Below are positions 50,922-60,893 of a DNA stretch of 64,000 nt, piece by piece; the first letter of the stretch is position 1, and every line of letters starts with the position of its first letter. A program made the position numbers and the translations under genes. The stretch lies in NCBI GenBank assembly GCA_965219085.1, contig OZ244720.1, forward strand, positions 128,001 to 192,000, in the 5' to 3' direction. The notes beneath the pieces are model-generated. The model had not been told where the DNA came from, did no database searches, and was given only the letters and a program-made list of their open reading frames with translations. Origin of the DNA: Dehalococcoidia bacterium. GTDB taxonomy: Bacteria > Chloroflexota > Dehalococcoidia > UBA2979.

Positions 50922-52862
50922 CTAGCGCTCCAGTACGTCCGTGCCGAGGACCGCGATGGCGATGATCGCGATCACGACGCCTGCGAGGAAGAGTGAGGTG
51001 TAGCCCTGCACGTAGCCGGCCTCGACGCGTCGCATCGCGTCGCCCGCTCGCCGCACGCTCTCGGCGAACTGGTCCACGGCGAAGTCGATGATGTAGGTGT
51101 CGACGAGCTGCGCGGCGCGCTGGATCACGCCGTTCAGGATCCAGCGCACGATCAGCGTCTCGGCGACGAAGTCGAGGTAGTACTTCGCCTCGACGACCTT
51201 CGGCAGCGGGCCGAGCCGCGCGCGGATCTCGGAGGCGGCGGGCCGGCCGTAGTGATAGATCGCGCCTGCGACGCCGATGCCGCCGAGGGCGAACACCAGC
51301 GAGACCGCGACGATGCCGCCGGAGATGTCAGCCGCGCCGTGCCGGAGTTCCGCGGGCAGCGCGCCCTCGACGAGGTGCGAGAAGCCGCCGCCGATGTTGA
51401 AGAAGCCCGCGATCACGGCTGGCACGGCGAGGATCAGCAGCGGCAGCGCCATCGAACGAGGCGACTCGTGCGGCTCCCCGTGGATCTCGGCGTTAGCGTC
51501 CTCGGGCTCCCCGCCACCCTGGTACTGGCCCCAGAAGGTCAGGAAGATCGCCCGGAACATGTAGAGCGCGGTCATGCCCGCAACGAGCGCCCCGACCACG
51601 AACAGCGCCTTCTCGTGGTTCCACGCGTCGAGCAGGATCTCGTCCTTGCTCCAGAAGCCGGCGAGCGGGAACACCCCGGCCAGCGACAGCGAGCCGATCA
51701 CGAACGTCCAGTACGTGATCGGCATGTAGTTGCGCAGCCCGCCCATACGGCGCATGTCGAAGGTGCCGGTCGCGTGGTTGACGGAGCCGGCGCCGAGGAA
51801 CAGCAGTGCCTTGAAGAACGCGTGCGTGAACAGGTGGAAGATCGCCGCCGCGAACCCGAACACGCCAAGCGCGAGCACCATGTAGCCGATCTGCGAGATC
51901 GTCGAGTACGCGAGCACGCGCTTGATGTCGGTCTGCACGAGGCCGAGCGAGGCGGCCAGCAGCGCCGTGAACCCGCCCGTGTACGCGACGAGGTCGAGCA
52001 CCTGCGCCGGCGCCGACTCGAAGCTCGGGAAGAAGCGCGCGATCAGGTACACGCCGGCGACAACCATCGTCGCGGCGTGGATGAGCGCCGAGACGGGGGT
52101 GGGGCCCTCCATCGCGTCGGGCAGCCAGATATGCAGCGGGAACTGCGCGGACTTGCCGACCGCGCCGGAGAACAGGCCGAGCGTGAAGCCGGTCAGCACC
52201 GCGCTGCCGATCATGCCGTGGATGGCGAGGTCGTTGATCTCGGCGATGCCCAGCACGCCGGTCTTCGACCAGATCAGCAGCACCGCGAGCAGGAACGCGA
52301 AGTCGCCGAACCTGGTGACGATGAACGCCTTCTTCGCCGCCGCCGCCGCCGACGGCCGGTCGAACCAGAACCCGATCAGCAGGTACGAGGCGAGACCGAC
52401 GAGCTCCCAGTGCACGAACAGCTGGAGCAGGTTCGAGGCGAGCACGAGCCCGAGCATCGCCGCCGTGAACAGCGACATCGACGCGAAGTAGCGCGCGTAT
52501 CCGCGGTCGCCCTCCATGTAGCCGACCGAGTAGATCTGGATGAGTAGCGAGACGCTCGTGACGACGAAGACCATGATGCCGGCCAGGCCGTCGATGTGGA
52601 CGCCGACCGTGACATCGAGGTCGAACAGCGTCACCCACATGTGGGGCGCGAACCCAAGCGACTCGCCATCGTGGCCGATGGCGCTGTCTAGCGCCCACAG
52701 CGAGGCGAGCCACGCGATGCCGATCGCCGCGATGGTGATGCGGCCGGCCCACTCGTCCTGGAACCACGGCGCGCGGTGCAGCGCCACGATCAGCACGAAC
52801 GAGATCACCGGGGCGAAGTAGATCGCCCAGACGGCGGCTTCCGGGATCGTGCCGAGGATCAT
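50922..52862 (-). CDS. nuoL: NADH-quinone oxidoreductase subunit L
   Basis: GKSAQFPLHIWLPDAMEGPTPVSALIHAATMV, HAFFKALLFL. Confidence 0.95.
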   Translation of the reverse strand: MILGTIPEAAVWAIYFAPVISFVLIVALHRAPWFQDEWAGRITIAAIGIAWLASLWALDSAIGHDGESLGFAPHMWVTLFDLDVTVGVHIDGLAGIMVFVVTSVSLLIQIYSVGYMEGDRGYARYFASMSLFTAAMLGLVLASNLLQLFVHWELVGLASYLLIGFWFDRPSAAAAAKKAFIVTRFGDFAFLLAVLLIWSKTGVLGIAEINDLAIHGMIGSAVLTGFTLGLFSGAVGKSAQFPLHIWLPDAMEGPTPVSALIHAATMVVAGVYLIARFFPSFESAPAQVLDLVAYTGGFTALLAASLGLVQTDIKRVLAYSTISQIGYMVLALGVFGFAAAIFHLFTHAFFKALLFLGAGSVNHATGTFDMRRMGGLRNYMPITYWTFVIGSLSLAGVFPLAGFWSKDEILLDAWNHEKALFVVGALVAGMTALYMFRAIFLTFWGQYQGGGEPEDANAEIHGEPHESPRSMALPLLILAVPAVIAGFFNIGGGFSHLVEGALPAELRHGAADISGGIVAVSLVFALGGIGVAGAIYHYGRPAASEIRARLGPLPKVVEAKYYLDFVAETLIVRWILNGVIQRAAQLVDTYIIDFAVDQFAESVRRAGDAMRRVEAGYVQGYTSLFLAGVVIAIIAIAVLGTDVLER

Positions 52863-52896
52863 GCGGCCTCACTCGCGTGCATGCGCATCCGGCGGC

Positions 52897-53085
52897 TCAA
52901 ATCTTGTTCAGCACTTCGCGCGCCACGTGGGTCTTGCCGTCGGGCACCCACAGCTCGCGCGGGTCCGACATCGCGCCGATCTCGAGGGGCGGGACGATGC
53001 GCACCGAGACGGCCTCGGTCATGAACAGCTCCCACCACGTCGAGGCGGCGTAGCCGTCGGGCACATCCATGAACTTCACCCACAT
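52897..53085 (-). CDS. Small soluble hypothetical protein within nuo operon (DUF2007-like)
   Basis: 62 aa, GGGGG RBS, fills the nuoK-nuoL gap. Confidence 0.6.
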   Translation of the reverse strand: MWVKFMDVPDGYAASTWWELFMTEAVSVRIVPPLEIGAMSDPRELWVPDGKTHVAREVLNKI

Positions 53086-53098
53086 CGTGCGCGACCCC

Positions 53099-53425
53099 CT
53101 ACCACCGCAGCAGGTTGATGCGATCGAGGTCTACGGTCTCGCGGCGACGGTAGATCAGCACCGACAGCGCCAGCGCCACGGCCGCCTCGGCCGCCGCGAC
53201 GGTGAGCACGAACACCACGAAGACGTGCCCGTCCAGCGGCTCGTCCTTCACGGCGAACGCGGCCGAGAAGCGCGAGAACGACAGGAACGAGAGGTTGACC
53301 GCGTTCAGCATCAACTCGATGCCCATCAGCACCGCGATCGCGTTGCGCTTCGCCAGCGCGATGGCGATGCCGACGCCGAAGAGCAGGCCGGAAACGGTCA
53401 GGTAGTGCACCAGGTCGACGCTCAT
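53099..53425 (-). CDS. nuoK: NADH-quinone oxidoreductase subunit K
   Basis: MGIELMLNA, AAAEAAVALA. Confidence 0.94.
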   Translation of the reverse strand: MSVDLVHYLTVSGLLFGVGIAIALAKRNAIAVLMGIELMLNAVNLSFLSFSRFSAAFAVKDEPLDGHVFVVFVLTVAAAEAAVALALSVLIYRRRETVDLDRINLLRW

Positions 53426-53937
53426 GCGGGCTCATCCTCCCGCACGAGCACGATCGCGCCGATCAGTGCCGCCAGCAGCAGCACCGAGGCGACCTCGAAC
53501 GCCAGCACGTAGCGCCCGACGAGCGCGTCGCCGATGACGTCGGCGGTGGTCGCGAAGTCGCGCTCGGCCAACAGGCGGCCGGAGAGCGCGTTCCACTCGA
53601 CGTCGGCGGCGACGAACGCGACCGTCACGGCCACGGCAGCGCCGATCGCCAGGCCGGGCACGAGGAAGAGGCCATTGCCGTTGTTGCGTGCGGAGAGGGG
53701 CGCGAGCATGACCGCAAAGATGATGAGCACGGGGATGCCGCCTGCGTGGATCAGGATCTGCGCGACGGCGATGAAGTCGGCCGACAGCGTCACGAACAGC
53801 CCGGCCGTCGCCAGCAAGGAGAGCACGAGGAAGGCGAGCGCCCGGATCAGGTCGCTCGCGAGGAACACACCGATCGCCCCGCCGACCGCGATCGCGGAGA
53901 GCAGGTAGAAGGCGACGATGATGCCCAGCGAGTCCAT
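53422..53937 (-). CDS. nuoJ: NADH-quinone oxidoreductase subunit J
   Basis: LSADFIAVAQIL.AGG, FEVASVLLLAALIGAI. Confidence 0.9.
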   Translation of the reverse strand: MDSLGIIVAFYLLSAIAVGGAIGVFLASDLIRALAFLVLSLLATAGLFVTLSADFIAVAQILIHAGGIPVLIIFAVMLAPLSARNNGNGLFLVPGLAIGAAVAVTVAFVAADVEWNALSGRLLAERDFATTADVIGDALVGRYVLAFEVASVLLLAALIGAIVLVREDEPA

Positions 53938-55359
53938 CTAGGTCGCGGTCCCCATCCGTTCGGCTGCCTGGATGCCACCGACCTCCTGCGTCAGCTCGGC
54001 GCGGCGTGGTCCGCCCGCGTCGGGCTGGTAGCCGATGCGGCGCGCCCAGTCGCGGAACAGCACGATCGCCGCGCCCCAGTTCACCACCGTGAAGAGCCCG
54101 AGGCTGAGCAGCCCCGGCGCGTCCCAGCGCGCCAGCAGCGACGTCTCGACGGCGACGATGAGCAGGTTGAACAGCGAGAGTGGGATGAGGTACTGCCACG
54201 CGAAGCGCATCAGCTGGTCCAGGCGGAAGCGCGGCAGCGTGCCTCGCAGCCACACGAGCACGAAGTACGCGGCCGAGAGCTTGCCGAAGAGGATGAGGTA
54301 GCCGGGGATCCACTCCTCGAGGCCGAACAGCGACCACCCGCCGAGGAAGAACGTCGCGACGAGCGTCGACACGAGCAGTGCGTTGCCGAGCTCGACGGCG
54401 TAGAACAGCCCGAACTTCATCCCCGAGTACTCGGTGTGGAACCCCGCGACGATCTCGGACTCGGCCTCTGCAATGTCGTTGGGCGTGCGGTTCAACTCGG
54501 CGGTCGAGGAGAAGAAGTAGGTCAGCACCGCAATCGGCAGCAGCGCCGCGAGCCACAGGTTGTGGTCGGCCTGCCACTGCACGATCTCGGAGAGCTGCAT
54601 CGAGCCGGTGATGAGCACGACCGACAGGAGCGCGATCGAGAGCGGGATCTCGTAGGAGATCATCATCGCCACGGTCCGCATCGAGCCGAGCAGTGCGTAG
54701 TGGTTGTTGGACGACCACCCCGCGAGGAATACGGCGAGCGTCGTCAGCGAGCTGACGGCGATGAGGTAGAGCACCCCGACGTTGATATCGAGGTAGGCCA
54801 TGTTCGGGGCCCACGGCACCGGTCCCCACGCCGTCATCATCGGGATGAAGATGATCGCCGGTGGGAGCAGGAAGAGGATGCGATCGGCCCCATCGGGCAT
54901 CAGCACCTCCTTCTGGATGAGCTTGATGGCGTCGGCGACCGGCTGCAGCAGCCCGTACGGCCCGACGCGGTTCGGGCCGCGGCGAATCTGCATGCGCCCG
55001 ATGAGCCGCCGCTCGACCCAGATCAGCACCAGCAACATGCCGCCGATGAACGACAGGATGCCGATCGCGCCGATCAGCGCGCCGGCGGCGTACGACATCC
55101 AGTGCTGGCCGACGATGTCGTCGAGGAACGTCGGCTGCCTCGCGTTGATGGTGTCGAGCTGCACGCGCAGCTCCTCGACGGCGATGCCGAGGTCGCGGAT
55201 GTCGTACCACTGGCCGTCGAGGCGGCCGTCGATGACCACGTAGCCGATCGCGGCGTTCGCGGCGAGGAACCCGAGCGCAAAGACGGCGCCCACGATCATC
55301 AGCAGCAGCGGAACCCGCCGCGCCGGTCGCCTGCGGCCTTGCCGCAGGGTTGCGCTCAT
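53938..55359 (-). CDS. nuoH: NADH-quinone oxidoreductase subunit H with terminal extensions
   Basis: [58 protein letters not shown]. Confidence 0.93.
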   Translation of the reverse strand: MSATLRQGRRRPARRVPLLLMIVGAVFALGFLAANAAIGYVVIDGRLDGQWYDIRDLGIAVEELRVQLDTINARQPTFLDDIVGQHWMSYAAGALIGAIGILSFIGGMLLVLIWVERRLIGRMQIRRGPNRVGPYGLLQPVADAIKLIQKEVLMPDGADRILFLLPPAIIFIPMMTAWGPVPWAPNMAYLDINVGVLYLIAVSSLTTLAVFLAGWSSNNHYALLGSMRTVAMMISYEIPLSIALLSVVLITGSMQLSEIVQWQADHNLWLAALLPIAVLTYFFSSTAELNRTPNDIAEAESEIVAGFHTEYSGMKFGLFYAVELGNALLVSTLVATFFLGGWSLFGLEEWIPGYLILFGKLSAAYFVLVWLRGTLPRFRLDQLMRFAWQYLIPLSLFNLLIVAVETSLLARWDAPGLLSLGLFTVVNWGAAIVLFRDWARRIGYQPDAGGPRRAELTQEVGGIQAAERMGTAT

Positions 55360-56459
55360 CGGTCGATCTCCCCGACCACGATGTCGACGGAGCCGAGCGC
55401 GACGATGGCGTCCGGCAGCGACGCGCCGATGGCCATCTCACGCAGCAGCGAGAGGTTGATCAGCGAGGGCGCGCGGATGTGGAAGCGGAACGGAGCCGAG
55501 CCGCCGTCAGACACCACGTAGAAGCCGAGCTCGCCGCGCGGGCCCTCGACGCGCCCGTAGGCCTCGCCGGGCTCGGGCCGCAGCGCGAGCGGGGTCTCGG
55601 TCTTGTGCGGCCCCGCGGGCAGGGCGTCGAGCGCCTGGCGGATGATGCTCGTCGACTGGCGCACCTCCTCGAGGCGCACGAGGAAGCGGTCGTAGGCATC
55701 GCCGTTGCGGCCGACGGGGATGTCGAAATCCATGCGGTCGTAGACGCAGTACGGCTCCGCCTTCCGGAGGTCCCACGGCACGCCCGAGCCGCGCAGCATC
55801 GGCCCGGCGAGCGAGCCGTTGATGGCGTCCTCAGCGGTGATCACGCCGACGCCGCGGCTGCGCGCGAGCAGGATCTCGTTGTCGATCAGCAACTCGGCGT
55901 ATTCGCCGATGCGCTCCGGCATCTCGTCGATGAGCGAGTTGATGGCGGGGAAGAACTCCGGCGGCGGGTCGAACGCGACGCCGCCGATGCGCATGTAGTT
56001 CGTCGTCAGCCGCGCGCCGCCGGTCATCTCGAACAGGTCGAGGATGCGTTCGCGCTCGCGGAACATGTACATGAGCGGCGTCTGCCACGCGCCGGCGTCG
56101 TTGACGAACGTGCCGTTCGCCATCGAGTGGCTGGCGATGCGCTGTAGCTCGGCGAAGATCACGCGCAGGTACGACGCTCGCTCCGGCACCTCCACGCCCG
56201 CGAGGCGCTCCACGGCGAGGCAGTAGCCGAGGTTGCCGCTCATCGCGGCGAGGTAGTCGGCGCGGTCGGTGAACGGGATGTTCTGGGTGTAGGTGCGCTC
56301 CTCGGCCAGCTTCTCCATCGAGCGGTGGAGGTAGCCGACGACCATGTCCATGTCCTGGATGCGCTCGCCGTCCATGACGACGCGCAGGCGGAAGACACCG
56401 TGTGTCGAGGGGTGCTGTGGCCCGATGTTGAGGATGTATGGCTCGGTGGCGGTGGTCAT
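55356..56459 (-). CDS. nuoD: NADH-quinone oxidoreductase subunit D
   Basis: NIGPQHPSTHGV, GYLHRSMEK, DRADY, EGPRGE, GEIDR end. Confidence 0.95.
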   Translation of the reverse strand: MTTATEPYILNIGPQHPSTHGVFRLRVVMDGERIQDMDMVVGYLHRSMEKLAEERTYTQNIPFTDRADYLAAMSGNLGYCLAVERLAGVEVPERASYLRVIFAELQRIASHSMANGTFVNDAGAWQTPLMYMFRERERILDLFEMTGGARLTTNYMRIGGVAFDPPPEFFPAINSLIDEMPERIGEYAELLIDNEILLARSRGVGVITAEDAINGSLAGPMLRGSGVPWDLRKAEPYCVYDRMDFDIPVGRNGDAYDRFLVRLEEVRQSTSIIRQALDALPAGPHKTETPLALRPEPGEAYGRVEGPRGELGFYVVSDGGSAPFRFHIRAPSLINLSLLREMAIGASLPDAIVALGSVDIVVGEIDR

Positions 56460-56971
56460 CGCGCCTGCACCCCCGGCTCCTCGAACGGGAACTTGGGCAG
56501 ACCGGGGTGGTGGTCGGGAATCTGGAGGAAGTCCTTGCGCAGCGGGAAGCCCGGATAACCCTCCCACAGGAACATGCGACGCAGGTCCGGGTGCCCCTCG
56601 AAGCGGATGCCCATCAGGTCGTAGACCTCGCGCTCCTGCAGCAGCGCGCCCTTGTAGACGGGGTACGCGCTCGGGAGCGCCGGCTCCTCGTGGTCGCCGA
56701 CCACGGCCTTGATCACGATCTGGTGGTTCCGGTCCATCGACTGCAGGTGGTAGACGACCTCGAAGCGGTCGTGTCGGTCGACGGCGCAGAGGTTGGAGAG
56801 TTGCCTGGCGTCGAACTCGGCGTCGTCGTGGAGCCAGCGCAGCACCTCGAGGACGCGCTGCGGCTCGACCTCGACCCACTCGGCCGTGGCGCTCGCGACT
56901 ACGCCGGGGAGCGCGCCCGAAAGCGCCGAGGCGACGGTGTCGCCGGTCAGCTGGCGCGGTCCGGCCGGCAC
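56456..56971 (-). CDS. nuoC: NADH-quinone oxidoreductase subunit C
   Basis: EREVYDLMGIRFEGHPDLRR..FPLRKDF. Confidence 0.94.
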   Translation of the reverse strand: MPAGPRQLTGDTVASALSGALPGVVASATAEWVEVEPQRVLEVLRWLHDDAEFDARQLSNLCAVDRHDRFEVVYHLQSMDRNHQIVIKAVVGDHEEPALPSAYPVYKGALLQEREVYDLMGIRFEGHPDLRRMFLWEGYPGFPLRKDFLQIPDHHPGLPKFPFEEPGVQAR

Positions 56972-56972
56972 T

Positions 56973-57347
56973 TTAGCGCCAGTCCAGCGCGCGGCGGCGC
57001 CACGCATAGGCGAGCCCGAAGGCGAGCACGCCGACGAAGATGCCCGCCTTGAACAGCGCGTCGGTGTTGAGGTTCAGGTGCTCGACGGCCCACGGGTAGA
57101 GGAAGACGACCTCGACGTCGAAGATGACGAAGCCGAGCGCGAAGGGGTAGTAGCGGGCGTTGAACTGGCCCCAGGCATTGCCCTCGGCCTCGACGCCGCA
57201 CTCGTAGGTGGCGCTCTTGACGGGGTCGGGGTTCTCCGGCCGCAGCTTGAGCATGTAGAAGGCGTACGAAGCGACGAGCGGAATCGCGGGGAAGACGATG
57301 CCGAACAGGACGAGTACGCCGACGCGGCCGTACAGCTCAGGAATCAC
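56973..57347 (-). CDS. nuoA: NADH-quinone oxidoreductase subunit A
   Basis: KSATYECG, FVIFDVEVVFLYPWA. Confidence 0.94.
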   Translation of the reverse strand: MIPELYGRVGVLVLFGIVFPAIPLVASYAFYMLKLRPENPDPVKSATYECGVEAEGNAWGQFNARYYPFALGFVIFDVEVVFLYPWAVEHLNLNTDALFKAGIFVGVLAFGLAYAWRRRALDWR

Positions 57348-57535
57348 CCGGTGAGCTCCTCAGCATCCGTCGAGGCGGCCCGCCGCGCTTGCGGCCCAGC
57401 GTCGCGCCTCTGCGTGGGCGATGCGAGCGTACGCCACCGCCGGGCCCGATCGAGCCGGAATGTAGCACGGGCCTATACCCCGGACAATGCAACCAGCGCT
57501 GTGCCGGAGCTGGGACCGGTCGCGGGCCGCTGGCG

Positions 57536-57727
57536 TCACCCCAGCCGCGAGCGTCGCCACCGCCACAGCAGCACGCCGCCGAGGAGCATGAGCGCACTCA
57601 GCCCCGCGTCATCGAGCTCCGCGCGCACGAACGCTGCGATCACCGCGACGATCCCCACGAACACCAGGGCCACACCGAGCGTGAGCAGGAAATCGCGCTG
57701 GCGCCGACTCGGCCCGGGCTCGCTCAT
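57536..57727 (-). CDS. Small hypothetical membrane protein
   Basis: ATG overlaps GNAT stop; two TM helices. Confidence 0.55.
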   Translation of the reverse strand: MSEPGPSRRQRDFLLTLGVALVFVGIVAVIAAFVRAELDDAGLSALMLLGGVLLWRWRRSRLG

Positions 57728-58305
57728 GCGCCTCGCTCCGCCTCGCCGTTGCGTTCCGCCTCGAGCCACTCGTCGAGCTCCTCGCGCGAGATCTCCATGC
57801 GCTCGAACTGGTACCCGTCGCGTCGCACCTGGCGGGTGCGGCGGAACCCGGCGTTCTCGAACGCGCGCTGCGCCCGGATGTTGGACGTGAGCGTGTGGAG
57901 GTACATGCGCCGCAACTCCATCTCCTCGAACGCGTACCCGAGGAGCGTGCGCACGGCGTCGGTGCCGTACCCCCGGGCCCAGTAGGCGCGGACGCCGATC
58001 GTGATCCCGAGCTCCGCCTCGCGCAGCAGTGAGTCGTAGCCGTAGTACATGACGTTGCCGATGTGCGTCCCGCCCTCGATCTCCTCGATGGCGTACGTGC
58101 GGCGGTACTTCGAGGGACGGCGGAGTTCCTCCGACATCGTCTTCAGGAAGGTCTTGTAGCTCATCGTGATCGGGCGTGTGGCGTCGTAGGCGGCGAGCTC
58201 GATGTCCCTGCGCCACTCGTAGTCGCGCGGTGCGTCCTCCGCCTGCTTCTCGCGCAGCCGCACGAGCCGCCCCACGGCCACCACCCGCGGCGCCGTCGCC
58301 GTCAT
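57724..58305 (-). CDS. GNAT N-acetyltransferase (RimJ/RimL type)
   Basis: AELGITIG..YWARGYGTDA..NIRAQRAFENAGF. Confidence 0.88.
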   Translation of the reverse strand: MTATAPRVVAVGRLVRLREKQAEDAPRDYEWRRDIELAAYDATRPITMSYKTFLKTMSEELRRPSKYRRTYAIEEIEGGTHIGNVMYYGYDSLLREAELGITIGVRAYWARGYGTDAVRTLLGYAFEEMELRRMYLHTLTSNIRAQRAFENAGFRRTRQVRRDGYQFERMEISREELDEWLEAERNGEAERGA

Positions 58306-58775
58306 GAGGCGGCCACGCCGTCCGTGAGCATCAGACCCGCCCGTTCGACGATGCCGCGCTCGTTCGAGTAGGTCATGCGCTTCGTGGCCTCGTGGATGTC
58401 GTACCAGTCCACGAGGTCGTGCTCCGCGTCGTGGTGCGCGACGTCTCCGCCGAGGGCTCGCATGAGGAAGTGGTGCACCTCCTTGCGCACGCGCGGGACA
58501 CCGTCCGAAGCACCACCGTAGCGGTAGCTGATCGAGCCGATCCGGCCGTCGTCGCCGTTGCCGGCGTCGATGATGACCTCTAGGCCGGTCTCCTCGGCGA
58601 CCTCGCGCAGTGCCGTCTCCTCGACGGACTCGCCCGCGTGCGGCTTGCCCTTCGGCAGCGCCCACAGCCCCTCATCGGTCCGGGCGACGAGCACGATCTC
58701 GATGTGGCCCTCGGCGCGCCGGTACACGACGCCGCCCGCGGCCCAGACGTGACGATGCGCCTTCCGCTTGCTCAC
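58302..58775 (-). CDS. NUDIX hydrolase
   Basis: AAGGVV, LPKG..GESVEETALREVAEETG. Confidence 0.9.
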   Translation of the reverse strand: MSKRKAHRHVWAAGGVVYRRAEGHIEIVLVARTDEGLWALPKGKPHAGESVEETALREVAEETGLEVIIDAGNGDDGRIGSISYRYGGASDGVPRVRKEVHHFLMRALGGDVAHHDAEHDLVDWYDIHEATKRMTYSNERGIVERAGLMLTDGVAAS

Positions 58776-59821
58776 TGGAGCGCCTCCGCCTGGAAGTCGA
58801 CGGACATCATCTGCAGTTCCTCGATGGCGAGCTCGGCGGCCTCCGCGATGTATGGCTCGTCGCTCTCCAGCAGCCGCACGAGGATCGCCTCGGCCTCCTC
58901 GCCGCCGATCTCCCCCATCGCGCGGATCGCGGCGACCTGCACCTCCGGCTCCTGCTCCTCGTCCAGGAGCAGCGTGAGCGGCTGAATGGCCGCCTCGAGG
59001 AGCAGCTGACCGGCGGAGGTCGCCGCCACGGACCGCACTTCGTCATCCTCGTCCTCGAACGACTGGATCAGGATCGGCAGCCAGTCGTCGGAGCCGTGGC
59101 GGCCCATCGCCACCACCGACGCAACGCGCATGCGCGTGTTTCCGGTCTCGTACTGCTCCGCGATCAGCTCCGCGACCCACTCCTCAGAGGAGGCGCCCGC
59201 CGCCTCCAGGGCCACGCCGCGCACCTCGTCGTCCTCCGTCACGTCCTCGACGCGGTCGCGCAACGCCTCGGCGATGCGCTCGGCAAGCTCCGTCGGGACC
59301 ATGCCGAACTCGATACCGACCACGAACCCGCCGAGCCCGGCGGCCGCCTCGGCGCGGACAGCCCCGACCGGGTCGTCGGCGACGATGCCGCTGAGCAGCT
59401 CGGCGTACTCGAGGCGGTCGTGCTCGCGCAGGCCGTGCATCGCGAGGATGCGCGTCGCCACGTCCCCGTCGAGCAGGGCGGCGAGGTGGATGCGGTCGAA
59501 GTCGAGCGTGACGCTGTCCTCGACAAGCTGCTGCAGCGCGGCGAGCAGGTCGCGGCGGCGCTGCGCCGTGAGCTGCGGCAGCAGCGCCATCACCCGCCCA
59601 ACGACGCGGTCGTCGGGCGCGCTCAGCGCGGGCAGATCCGCGAAGGGCAGCCCGAACGCCTCGTCGGCGACAGCGTCGAGCACTTCGCCGGGAGGTGGCA
59701 AGCGGCGCGGCTCCTCGAGGCCGGGCGCCCCTGCTTCGAGGTCGCCCGCGGCGTCGTCGGGCAGTCCGCCGTTACCGCGTTCAGGCATATCAGCATCGCC
59801 GGTGTCTGAGGCGTGGGGCAT
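58772..59821 (-). CDS. HEAT/PBS-lyase repeat protein
   Basis: Repeated VRAEAAAGLG / VRSVAATSAG / VQVAAIRAMG units. Confidence 0.8.
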   Translation of the reverse strand: MPHASDTGDADMPERGNGGLPDDAAGDLEAGAPGLEEPRRLPPPGEVLDAVADEAFGLPFADLPALSAPDDRVVGRVMALLPQLTAQRRRDLLAALQQLVEDSVTLDFDRIHLAALLDGDVATRILAMHGLREHDRLEYAELLSGIVADDPVGAVRAEAAAGLGGFVVGIEFGMVPTELAERIAEALRDRVEDVTEDDEVRGVALEAAGASSEEWVAELIAEQYETGNTRMRVASVVAMGRHGSDDWLPILIQSFEDEDDEVRSVAATSAGQLLLEAAIQPLTLLLDEEQEPEVQVAAIRAMGEIGGEEAEAILVRLLESDEPYIAEAAELAIEELQMMSVDFQAEALQ

Positions 59822-59857
59822 CGGCGGTGAGTGTAGCAGGCGCGCCCCGAACGGCGA

Positions 59858-60886
59858 TCAGTCCCGCGCCTGCGAAGGGGTCGAGGAAAGCTCTGTCGTC
59901 GGGTCGCGCTCGAGCAGCGCCTCGGCCGCCTTGCGCGGCGGCACGCCGTGGTGGAGCACGCGGTCCAGCGCCTCGGCGATGGGCATCTCGACGCCGACGC
60001 GGGCGGCGAGGCGCAGCGCCGCGGGCGTCGTCGTGGCGCCCTCGGCGGTCTCGCCGATCTCGGCCAGCGCCTCGTCGAGCGAGCGGCCGCGCGCGAGCAG
60101 TTCGCCGAGGCGCCGGTTGCGTGACAGCGGGCTGTACGACGTGGCGATGAGGTCGCCGACGCCGGCCAGCCCCTGGAAGGTGAGCGGGTCGGCGCCGACC
60201 GCCACGCCGAGCCTCGAGATCTCGGCGAGCCCGCGCGTCATGATCGCGCCCTTCGCGTTGTCGCCGTAGCCGAAGCCGTCGACGAAGCCGGCGGCGATCG
60301 CGACGATGTTCTTGAGCGCCCCACCGAACTCGACGCCGACCACGTCGCGGCTCGTGTAGACGCGCAGCAGCGGGCCGTGGAACGCAGCGCGCAGCGCTTC
60401 GATCGGCGCGTCGCGCGAGGCGATCACGGTCGTGCCGGGCAGCCCCGACGCCACCTCGCGCGACAGGTTGGGGCCGGAGAGCGCGGCTGTCGGACGGCCG
60501 GGCAGGGCAGCGGCCAGCACCTCGGTCATGCGGCGGCCGGAGTCGTGCTCGATGCCCTTGGAGCCGCTCAGCACGATGGCGTCGGCGTCCACGGCGCCGG
60601 CGACCGCGCGGGCGTTCGCGGCCATCGTCTGAGAGGGCACGACGAAGCACACGAGTTGCGACCCGGCCAGACGCTTCGGGTCGGCGCTTGCCTCGAGTGC
60701 GGGCGGGAACGCGATATCCGGCAGCCGCCGACCGTTGCTTCGATCCGCCTCGAGCTGCGCCGCCTCGGCGGCGTCGCGCGCGAGCAGCGTGACGCGCACG
60801 CCGTTGCGGGCGAGCAACACCGCGAGTGTGGTCCCCCACGCGGTCGTCCCGACGACCGCTGCCGTCTCGATCGCGTCGCCGCTCAC
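59858..60886 (-). CDS. gpsA: NAD(P)H-dependent glycerol-3-phosphate dehydrogenase
   Basis: WGTTLA, SKGIE, SGPNL, GALKNIVAI, GDLIAT..SRN. Confidence 0.95.
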   Translation of the reverse strand: MSGDAIETAAVVGTTAWGTTLAVLLARNGVRVTLLARDAAEAAQLEADRSNGRRLPDIAFPPALEASADPKRLAGSQLVCFVVPSQTMAANARAVAGAVDADAIVLSGSKGIEHDSGRRMTEVLAAALPGRPTAALSGPNLSREVASGLPGTTVIASRDAPIEALRAAFHGPLLRVYTSRDVVGVEFGGALKNIVAIAAGFVDGFGYGDNAKGAIMTRGLAEISRLGVAVGADPLTFQGLAGVGDLIATSYSPLSRNRRLGELLARGRSLDEALAEIGETAEGATTTPAALRLAARVGVEMPIAEALDRVLHHGVPPRKAAEALLERDPTTELSSTPSQARD

Positions 60887-60893
60887 GGGCCTG

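Noticed and set aside
55356-56459. NuoD as a group 4 [NiFe]-hydrogenase large subunit
   Set aside because: No CxxC nickel motifs; has complex I DY and GEIDR signatures
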